A DNA stretch of 64,000 nt from Candidatus Thorarchaeota archaeon. GTDB taxonomy: Archaea > Asgardarchaeota > Thorarchaeia > Thorarchaeales > Thorarchaeaceae. This document shows positions 56,158 to 64,000 of this stretch, in pieces. The notes below the pieces were generated by a model. That model was not told the DNA's origin. It saw only the letters and a program-made list of their open reading frames with translations, and searched no databases. The DNA is taken from the NCBI GenBank assembly GCA_048882045.1, contig JBHLRZ010000016.1:5526-69525 (forward strand). The letters run 5' to 3'. How positions within the stretch are numbered: position 1 is the first letter of the stretch; the number at the start of each line of letters is the position of its first letter. A program made the translations under genes and the position numbers.

Positions 56158-58743
56158 CTATTTCTTTTTCTTCATCATTATGACAATGATGATGATGACA
56201 ACAAGTACTCCACCTACGATTGCGATTAGCACGAGTGGATCAAGGGTTATTCCAGGTCCTCCGACGTAGTTGTCGAGTTCAAACACTGCATCTGAATCGT
56301 CTGTGGAGCCAAGGACACCATCGGAAACAGACACACGAATCAGGTATTGATCACCATCATCGTGTAATGTTGTATTCCACTCATACTGCATAGTATTCAG
56401 TCCAGATGCGAGCAGGGACCAGTCCCCTCCGTTGTTGTCACTGTAATAGACATCAAAGGTCAATGGATCACTGTCATAATCAACTGCAGTCCAGTTCACT
56501 AAGACCATACCACTGAGTACTTCGCCACCATTTGGATCGGTGACTTCGACCATCGGAGCCCTATTCTCAGTGAGCCAGCGGAATACATTCTGCAGTAGGA
56601 TGTCATTATCACTGTCATAGAGAATTGGTACACCATCACCATCGTAGTCAAAGTTGTATCGTGGGAAGATATAGTCAGCTGAGAAGAAAACACGACCCAT
56701 GCTGTAGTCTAATGCGGCCATCAGAGTGAGCCCATTGGCTGGAGTTCCATCGTCCCATGTTGCTGTTCCATCTGTGTCAGTTCTGACAAGACTTGTTGCA
56801 CCGCCGATGCTGATGAACGCAGAGGTCCACTGAAGCTCGAGGCGTTCAACCCCATCCATGATTGGATGATTGCCAAAGTTGCTTACATTGTAGAAGATGT
56901 TCTGATGACTGGCATCGAGAAAGTCATCTGTGTCAGTAATATATCCTGTATTGTTCAGATCCAGCCCAAACTCATTACCTACTAGGTCTGCTTCCAGTCC
57001 ATAGACTGTTTGACCTCCAAGTAGAGCCAAGCCACCTCCTCCTGATACATAGTTGACAATGTCAGTTAGTTCACTAGCTGTATAGTTAATGGACCCGTCT
57101 TGAATAACAAGGGCATCTGCATTATCTAGCAATGAGGAATCAGTTGTCCAGTTATCTATCCACCTAATGGTATAACCATTTTCAGTTAGGAATTGACCAA
57201 ATCCGTAGTAGGATAGGGTGAGCCACCAATTTCGTCCATGTGATTCATCGAAGACCACGAATTTCTCCTTAACGCCACCACCAGAAGCCCAGAGAACTGC
57301 ATTTCGTGCGAACTGTGCGTTCTGCGCATCGAAGTAGGTGAAAAACGAATCACCGTCCGGATTGGTGTACTGTGAGAGCATGTCCCAGTCAGTCACTACT
57401 GATACTCGTCCAAGACCGTAGCTTGCAGCTGCTGCAACAGTAAGACCGTCTGCTGGTGTGCCATCACTATAGAATGATGTGGCATCATCATCTGTTGTCA
57501 CCAGGGCAAAGCCATTCGCTGGATACTCAAGCAAACATCCACCCCTGTCAAACTCGACACTGGTGACCTTCAGTGTAATCGAATGGGTATTGATATTCTC
57601 AGGTTGATATGGCGTGTAGGAGGATAGTGTGTCATTCAGGTCATAGATATAACCGGTCGTGTTTCTAACAAACCCGAACCTGTTAATAACAGGATCCAGC
57701 TCATTTCCGTATACACCCCAGTCTGTATAGACAACCAAACCTCCACCAGAGGCAACGAAATCCTCTATTACAGTAACCTCTCCAGCTGAATAAACTATGT
57801 CACTGACTACTTGGACAAGTACATCACATGCCTCAAGTATGCTTGGATTCCATGTTGTCATCGCAGAAACTGCGAATCCGTCAGATACGAGATCTAGGGA
57901 GTAGTTTAGGAGAGCTCCTCCAATGTATCCCATAGGTGAGTGTGATGCGTCAAATACAACATGACGGGTCAGCTGGATTGCATTGACAAGAATGTCTTCT
58001 TGTGCCTGACCAGATATGTACAAGTCAAATCCGAGTATCGCGATGTGACCCTTTCCCATGGTCCTATGACCAACTACAGGGAGTGTACCGTCATCAATAA
58101 CATTTGTAAATCCTGTAACATTAAAACGAAGAGTTCCATCTGTTCCAGGAAATGTTGATGGTATACCTCTTGCGAGTGCATTGTTTGCATCAATGACATT
58201 GTTTGTAGCACCAGGATATCCATATCCATTATTATACTCAATGAAACCAGTTGCATTAAGCATCTGTAGTGACGGACCATGTGGAATGGACAATAGTGAA
58301 CCGTAGCAGTCCAGTGCCACAATATTACCACCATTTGCAACGAATGATTCTAAAATTCCATTCCACGCTGCACCGATTGCTGTGATATTATCATCATAGA
58401 GTCGTTCTTGCTCAGGAATCAGAAAAACATCATAGTCCATGATCACTGATGGAAGATCGTTATAATCAGTCAAGTTTGCTATGTGATAGTCATTCAAGAA
58501 ATGACCATTAATAACTGCCAAGGTATTTCCTAGTTCACCATTCGGTCCTGCTGAGTCATCAGCAAATTCAGTGTAAACGAGGATGGACTTTGGCAGATGA
58601 TTGTTCTCAGAGCCATCTGCAGAAGAGATTACTCCTTGATTCTGAGTTGAGAGTGCATATGCAGCCTGCATTCCAAACCCTACAGAGAGGGCGGAACCAA
58701 TAAACAAAGACAAAACAAACGCACTCAAGACTTTAGTTTTCAT
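56158..58743 (-). CDS. Secreted, membrane-anchored protein with tandem GIFT/DUF4350-like (GATase-I-like fold) domains and Ig-like domain
   Basis: Repeated VVFDASH/VVFDESH, FVxxGGxL and GLGRV/GRVFF motifs; PNGGE Ig-like domain; TM + KKKK. Confidence 0.8.
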   Translation of the reverse strand: MKTKVLSAFVLSLFIGSALSVGFGMQAAYALSTQNQGVISSADGSENNHLPKSILVYTEFADDSAGPNGELGNTLAVINGHFLNDYHIANLTDYNDLPSVIMDYDVFLIPEQERLYDDNITAIGAAWNGILESFVANGGNIVALDCYGSLLSIPHGPSLQMLNATGFIEYNNGYGYPGATNNVIDANNALARGIPSTFPGTDGTLRFNVTGFTNVIDDGTLPVVGHRTMGKGHIAILGFDLYISGQAQEDILVNAIQLTRHVVFDASHSPMGYIGGALLNYSLDLVSDGFAVSAMTTWNPSILEACDVLVQVVSDIVYSAGEVTVIEDFVASGGGLVVYTDWGVYGNELDPVINRFGFVRNTTGYIYDLNDTLSSYTPYQPENINTHSITLKVTSVEFDRGGCLLEYPANGFALVTTDDDATSFYSDGTPADGLTVAAAASYGLGRVSVVTDWDMLSQYTNPDGDSFFTYFDAQNAQFARNAVLWASGGGVKEKFVVFDESHGRNWWLTLSYYGFGQFLTENGYTIRWIDNWTTDSSLLDNADALVIQDGSINYTASELTDIVNYVSGGGGLALLGGQTVYGLEADLVGNEFGLDLNNTGYITDTDDFLDASHQNIFYNVSNFGNHPIMDGVERLELQWTSAFISIGGATSLVRTDTDGTATWDDGTPANGLTLMAALDYSMGRVFFSADYIFPRYNFDYDGDGVPILYDSDNDILLQNVFRWLTENRAPMVEVTDPNGGEVLSGMVLVNWTAVDYDSDPLTFDVYYSDNNGGDWSLLASGLNTMQYEWNTTLHDDGDQYLIRVSVSDGVLGSTDDSDAVFELDNYVGGPGITLDPLVLIAIVGGVLVVIIIIVIMMKKKK

Positions 58744-58982
58744 CCTTAATATTCTCCATCTCCACTTGTGAGTAGTAGAAAAAGATGCGTGCTTTCCTTC
58801 CTCACAAGCAATTTTGTCCTCAGGGCCTTCTCATTTGTATATATGAAGTTTGTCTGAACAATACAACAGTATTGACTATACAGAACAAGTTAGAAGTCTC
58901 TAGGACACTGGCATTTGTCAAGAAATCTATTGGCACGAATCTTTTTAATCTCCAGAAATTCTCGTCTGATTGGTGACGAATT

Positions 58983-59279
58983 GTGACCTATGCATTCATA
59001 GTCTTCTATCGTTTTCAGCTGATGACTCCGGAACAAGCTGGAAAAGCAAAAGAGTTCTGGGAGGAGTTTGGGAAAGGCAGCTGGCCCGAACACCTGAAGA
59101 TTGTTGGAGACTACAAATACGCATGGGGAACGGATTGGAGTGGATTTCTTCTTCTAGAAACAGAGGATCCCCAGACATTCTTTGAGTTTTGGCCTATATT
59201 CAGAGATAAAACAAGATGGTACATTGATAATACTCGAACAGTGATTGCTATCAAAAGAGAGGCAAGGGACTGGATGTAG
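58983..59279 (+). CDS. Small dimeric alpha+beta barrel-like protein (DUF3303/GYD-like)
   Basis: LKIVGDY...GFLLLETEDP pattern; 98 aa. Confidence 0.6.
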   Translation: MTYAFIVFYRFQLMTPEQAGKAKEFWEEFGKGSWPEHLKIVGDYKYAWGTDWSGFLLLETEDPQTFFEFWPIFRDKTRWYIDNTRTVIAIKREARDWM

Positions 59280-59289
59280 ACACAAGAGG

Positions 59290-59316
59290 AACCGTGGGAC
59301 AAATGCCCCAACGGTT
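59290..59316. terminator. Hairpin between convergent genes
   Basis: GAACCGT-GGG...CCC-CA-ACGGTTC. Confidence 0.5.
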
Positions 59317-59326
59317 CTACTGTCTT

Positions 59327-60103
59327 CTATGCGGCTTGATAGGGATCAGCATTGTTCTCAAGCAATGTTACTAGCCATTTGAGATCCTTGGGGGAAATTC
59401 CCTTTGGGTCGTACGGAAAGATTGTCATCGCACCTGCTTTGAAGTTGACTGTTGTTTTCATCGTCTTCTTTGAGGATGGATAGGGAATGGATCCACTGAA
59501 CCTAGCAATATTACCTTGGTACCTTTGTTGGTACAGATTAATTTCACTAGCATTCTGGATGTTGTCACCCTTGAACTCAGCATGAGTAAATGCAATCTTT
59601 TTCACATCCATATCAGTCAGAAGCACGTATGAGATGTTGGCCTTGTCCCGACGTTTTAGGTCGTCAAAGACTGTTCTTGCTTCCTTTGTAACACTCAAAG
59701 GAGCCATTCGAGCAATTTCCTCCCTCCTGAGAAGTGTGCGGAATCGAGCAGCCAATCGATCCGAGCCTCGAATCTCGACAAAGTCTCTGTCAAGCTTGAC
59801 TACAACAGTACCTCTCTTTACTGTATAGCTTGGGGAATCCAATTTCTCCAGTTTGCCCTTTCTGAATGTATAGAGGGGTAATGCAAAGCTCGCGATGAAC
59901 TCACAAGTTACTGTACTTCCTTCAGCATTCACCTTTGCAAATCCCTGTACAGGTTCAGTTTCTGACATTACGAAGGGCTTACCCTTCATGAATTTCTCTA
60001 ACTGAGCTGCAGACATAGCCATGTCCCTGAGGTGGAACAGCCGTACCGATAGGCTGACACCATCTGGTTTAATGAGGTCGGCAGCTGATTTCTTCGCACT
60101 CAC
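59327..60103 (-). CDS. Hypothetical basic alpha/beta protein
   Basis: 258-aa ORF, GTG start; no motif confidently recognised. Confidence 0.7.
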   Translation of the reverse strand: MSAKKSAADLIKPDGVSLSVRLFHLRDMAMSAAQLEKFMKGKPFVMSETEPVQGFAKVNAEGSTVTCEFIASFALPLYTFRKGKLEKLDSPSYTVKRGTVVVKLDRDFVEIRGSDRLAARFRTLLRREEIARMAPLSVTKEARTVFDDLKRRDKANISYVLLTDMDVKKIAFTHAEFKGDNIQNASEINLYQQRYQGNIARFSGSIPYPSSKKTMKTTVNFKAGAMTIFPYDPKGISPKDLKWLVTLLENNADPYQAA

Positions 60104-60388
60104 GGTATCTCAACTCGCATTTTTTGTAAAGACAGTGTGTTAACCTACCTTTACTTCCAGTGGAATAAATGCTTCGTTTTTCATATAAATCAATCATCAA
60201 ACCCAGAAAATAGCTCCGTCTAACGGATGTAATACCCAGATACTAATGACAGTATGAAATGGGGACCTTAAAGACACATATCCCGAGGAGTCCATTCGTA
60301 TTTGGCGCCAAACAAAATTGCACAAATTCAAGCAAAAGGGTGATATTGTGGAGAGTAACTCGGAGTCACAGGGCAAGGATTGGTATAC

Positions 60389-60856
60389 ATGAGACTGTTG
60401 TTCGTACTTGGTTCAGGTGGGCATACTACACGAGGTATGATCCTTAGCAACCAGGTTAGAGGTCAGAAGTATTACATGGTCCCATGGGAGTCAGAGGTGA
60501 CAAAGAAGAAGGTGGGAGGGAATTATTTCAGTGTCATATCTCCAAGGTTCCGTGCGAAGGACAACAGGATTATGACTGTTCTGCGAACCTTCTTTCTGTT
60601 TCTTCACAGTCTCATCATTCTATTCATTGTCAGACCCAAGGTCCTGATTAGTACCGGTTCAGGTCTCACACTACCCCCATTCCTAGTCGCACGAGTCTTT
60701 GGAATCAAGACCATCTTCATTGAGAGTCCTAGTAGGGTCTTTGAACCATCCATCGCAGGAAGAATGTTGTTGGGAAAAACAGACCTCTGGTTGAGCAGTT
60801 GGCCCGAATTGGCAAGGCGCTACGATGGAATCGAATACAGGGGGATGATCTTCTGA
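60389..60856 (+). CDS. Alg14-like (PssD/CpsF-like) glycosyltransferase acceptor subunit
   Basis: LGSGGH, RPKVLISTG, FIES.SRV..PS..G, SWPEL. Confidence 0.88.
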   Translation: MRLLFVLGSGGHTTRGMILSNQVRGQKYYMVPWESEVTKKKVGGNYFSVISPRFRAKDNRIMTVLRTFFLFLHSLIILFIVRPKVLISTGSGLTLPPFLVARVFGIKTIFIESPSRVFEPSIAGRMLLGKTDLWLSSWPELARRYDGIEYRGMIF

Positions 60857-61305
60857 TTTTTGTTACAGTCGGAACATCATTGCCACATGACGATCTTATC
60901 GAAGCCATTGACAATCTCGTTGGTTCAAGAGAAATTCTAGACGAAGTCATTGCACAGAGAGGAGCGGGAGAGTATAGACCCAAACACATCAAGAGCTTCA
61001 GGTTCAGGAAAGGACTTGATGGGTATCTTTCCAAAGCTGAGATAGTCATCAGTAACTGTGGCGCTGGAACAATTATGGAGAATGTGACAAAAGGGCATAG
61101 ACTAGTTGTGATACAGAATCCAGACATAACCGGAGGACATGAGTGGGAACTTGTCACAAAGATGGAGAAAGGTGGTCACTTAGTCTGGTGTAGGGGGCTG
61201 GACCAGCTGAAGGAATCCATTAGACAAGCTCGGACTATGGACTTCACTAAATTTCAACCAGAGAGATTGGACCTCAATTCTATATTGAGGGACCTGATGC
61301 CCTGA
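60853..61305 (+). CDS. Alg13-like (PssE/CpsG-like) GT28 C-terminal glycosyltransferase subunit
   Basis: IFVTVGT, VIAQRG, VISNCGAGTIME, HEWEL; apparent CTG start in a CTGA overlap. Confidence 0.88.
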   Translation: MIFVTVGTSLPHDDLIEAIDNLVGSREILDEVIAQRGAGEYRPKHIKSFRFRKGLDGYLSKAEIVISNCGAGTIMENVTKGHRLVVIQNPDITGGHEWELVTKMEKGGHLVWCRGLDQLKESIRQARTMDFTKFQPERLDLNSILRDLMP

Positions 61306-61316
61306 TGATTTGAGTG

Positions 61317-64000
61317 TCACCAATCATATCCCGTTGGATGGGATGGCAGAGCAGCACCTCTTTTACTCCTACATATTGCCCCTACGACAACTAGAATGAC
61401 AATAAGAGAACCTGAACCGATGATGATGATAGTGAGGTTCCCATCAATAATCTGGCCTGCTACAGCGACAACGACTGTGTCATGGACTGTTTGTCCAATT
61501 GTGTTGGATACAAGGAGAGTATAGTTGAAAATTCCTGGTGAGAGTGCATCAAGATCTACGACTATCGATGATCCATCCCATGACCCTGAGTCAGCAAGTT
61601 CTCCATTTACATAGAGCTCGTATGATGCGGGGAGCGTTGAGGAGGGATGCCAAGTGATATTGTGTCCAATGGTACCGTATTCAAAAGCAACATCCGGAGG
61701 GCTATCTATCGTCAATGCCTCAGTTAATGGAACCTCAGTGACTATAACGTTGACGACATCACTAGTTACATGTCCTGCTTGGTCAAAGACTGAGAGTCTA
61801 TACTCGTATACACCAGCAGAATGCCCATCAACATTGATTGAAATCGCAGAACCATACCAAGGACCAGAAACATCAGGAAAATCATTGATTGAAACGTTGT
61901 ATGATGATGGGAAAAGGTCAGACGGATTCCAAGTGATATAGGAACCAAGCTCCCCTTCCTCATACTCAATATCAGGAGGAGAGTCAATCACTGGAGGTGT
62001 AGCGGGGTAGATAGTGACCCAAACCAGATCAGTGAGCTCTCCGTAGGCAGTGTTGCACCACACTGTCAGATTGTGTGTACCAGGAGAGTAACTATCAACA
62101 TTCACTGAAATTGGTTGGCCATCATAAGTTCCAGCATCAATGACTACATCATCAAGGTAAATCTCATAGGGGGCACCAACCTCAGCACTCAAACTCCAAG
62201 TCACGACATTCTCTGTCATGTCAGACTCAAACTCGACGTCTTCTGGATGATTAATGAAAGATGAATCAGAAAGCCACTCCACATAAATGTCATCAATCGT
62301 TGATGGCATCCACGAATAATGAGCAAGTCGACCTGCTTGTATGACAAGATAGTAAATCTCTCGATCAGTCTCGATATTTTCGGATTCCATTAACAATGCT
62401 TGACCAAATCCAGGGACATCTGCGTAGAGGTCTCCATTTTCCTCAGCCCAAACTCGGATTGTCCCATCGAAAGTTGTCCATGTTATATAATCAACATTAC
62501 CATGAGTTGTGTAAGACCCATTGCTGAATCGATAATGTGCTCTGTTATGACCATATGACCGCCAATTCCAAGAGTCACTGCAGAATAGTTGGACGGCTGG
62601 GCCAAAATCCGAATCACATAGATACACGCTGATTATGCCTGCATCACTTGGATCGGAATTATCAATCACAAAATCAACTCTGAACTCCTCTAGATCTTTC
62701 AATTGAAATGGATCTGAGAAATTGTATGCAAAAACTGGACCATACCAATCCCCACTTGCTTGGGTGAGTCCTGAGAATGCAAGTTTGTCACCATCAGAGC
62801 TCATTATCCCATCACTGACAGTGTATGTTTCCCACCACCAATCCATTGGCCAGTCCATATACTGTTCAAAGTAGGTTGTATTGGAACAGTCGTGATGCCA
62901 GACTTCAGTCATTGGAGCCCATGTTAGTCCGATATCGTGGACTCTGACGACATCTGTTTGAGGATACGGAGGAGATGATGCAGCTTTTGAGCCTGCTATC
63001 CAAATCGAAACATGACTTACTAGACGATTCTCAATATTATCAGAATCAAGAACCATACTTTCTCCTACACCAGGGAGGTTTGCAAAGAGCCCGGTTTTAT
63101 TCTGTTTAATTGTCAGTGTATGATGATATGGCGACGGAAGTAGAACTCCCACTCCAGCATTGACTATTGTTCCATTGGCGTAATGGTAAGCCGCACCAGG
63201 CATTGCATCTGTGGTGTACCCATATGGATCTCTGACTTGAACACGAATGATTGGTTTCCCAGTTTGATCATGAAGTAAAACATAGGCACCTCCAGTTTCA
63301 CTAGCTCCGATTGGATCAATCTGGAATTCAACATCAAGAGTTCTGAATCTGGAGAATGAGAATGGCGTGTCGAATGTATGATAGTTCAATGGTCCAAACC
63401 AGCATTCTTGTGTCGGTGGCGTACCTAGGTCTGCTGTGTAGATGTATTGACCAGATGAGCTCAGGGTTTCTGATGTGGCCACTAAATCAAACGCAGGATG
63501 TTCCCACAGCCAGTTATCATCTCCAATTCCATCAAACGCTGTCATGTTAGAACAATCATGGTGCCACGATGCTAGTTGTCTTGGCACGGCCATCTGTATA
63601 GGTACACTTGTTGTCAGACTAATATCATGAAGCCAACTGGGCATTAAGGGATCGGTACTAAAAGCACCTCCCATGAAGACGATGTATTTTATTTCCCGAA
63701 ACAGTTCAGATTCATCAAGAATTGTAATGTTCTCCGCTCCAAATCCATCCACATATCCATACACATTCATTCCATCTAATCCGGTTTCCATTCGACCATC
63801 AAAACATGTGTATGAATATGGTGATGGAGAACCGTGTGCGAAGAACGTCCCATTCTCGAAAAAGTATTGGACACCATAAGCTCCAGTAGTTGATGCTGCG
63901 AGATAATCATGGTATGTGAAAAGATACGTTGGTAGTTGGTTCGTGTCAGCAAGGTAGAGATAATATCGTCCAAGATAATTGGCTGCGGTATTGTCAATTT
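61317..64000 (-). CDS. Large membrane-anchored surface protein: at least 3 repeats of about 200 aa (WHHDCSN type, beta-rich), 3 Ig-like domains, TM and short tail; starts beyond the window
   Basis: Frame stays open from 63791 to the window end (IDNTAANYLGRYYLYLAD...); WHHDCSN occurs twice; three PPDxEY/F..G..ITW Ig-like repeats. Confidence 0.85.
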   Translation of the reverse strand, partial: IDNTAANYLGRYYLYLADTNQLPTYLFTYHDYLAASTTGAYGVQYFFENGTFFAHGSPSPYSYTCFDGRMETGLDGMNVYGYVDGFGAENITILDESELFREIKYIVFMGGAFSTDPLMPSWLHDISLTTSVPIQMAVPRQLASWHHDCSNMTAFDGIGDDNWLWEHPAFDLVATSETLSSSGQYIYTADLGTPPTQECWFGPLNYHTFDTPFSFSRFRTLDVEFQIDPIGASETGGAYVLLHDQTGKPIIRVQVRDPYGYTTDAMPGAAYHYANGTIVNAGVGVLLPSPYHHTLTIKQNKTGLFANLPGVGESMVLDSDNIENRLVSHVSIWIAGSKAASSPPYPQTDVVRVHDIGLTWAPMTEVWHHDCSNTTYFEQYMDWPMDWWWETYTVSDGIMSSDGDKLAFSGLTQASGDWYGPVFAYNFSDPFQLKDLEEFRVDFVIDNSDPSDAGIISVYLCDSDFGPAVQLFCSDSWNWRSYGHNRAHYRFSNGSYTTHGNVDYITWTTFDGTIRVWAEENGDLYADVPGFGQALLMESENIETDREIYYLVIQAGRLAHYSWMPSTIDDIYVEWLSDSSFINHPEDVEFESDMTENVVTWSLSAEVGAPYEIYLDDVVIDAGTYDGQPISVNVDSYSPGTHNLTVWCNTAYGELTDLVWVTIYPATPPVIDSPPDIEYEEGELGSYITWNPSDLFPSSYNVSINDFPDVSGPWYGSAISINVDGHSAGVYEYRLSVFDQAGHVTSDVVNVIVTEVPLTEALTIDSPPDVAFEYGTIGHNITWHPSSTLPASYELYVNGELADSGSWDGSSIVVDLDALSPGIFNYTLLVSNTIGQTVHDTVVVAVAGQIIDGNLTIIIIGSGSLIVILVVVGAICRSKRGAALPSHPTGYDW

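Overview
Gene-dense archaeal chromosomal window, about 52 CDS on both strands, with frequent TTG/GTG starts. I saw no rRNA, tRNA, CRISPR array or clear mobile element. The gene set (thermosome, Rpo6, Topo VI A/B, Cdc48, ThiR) together with many eukaryotic-signature-type proteins (gelsolin-domain proteins, two roadblock proteins, longin-like proteins, split Alg13/Alg14, SNAP/TPR-like and V4R-like proteins) points to an Asgard archaeon, most likely Thorarchaeia (inference). Most interesting items: (1) a tandem paralogous pair of longin + double winged-helix proteins resembling NPRL2/NPRL3 (GATOR1), near a roadblock gene; (2) an unassigned glycyl-radical enzyme operon with a tandem split-barrel flavoprotein; (3) Rpo6 fused to an N-terminal (HhH)2 module; (4) a GTAC-N14-GTAC element and structured leaders shared by the thermosome and sHSP-cdc48 upstream regions; (5) a highly structured hisS leader; (6) a Topo VI-A with a degenerate TOPRIM motif followed by coiled-coil/wHTH and nuclease genes; (7) an actin/trafficking-like neighbourhood at 29-41 kb. 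All family calls come from recognising motifs by eye; no searches were run.
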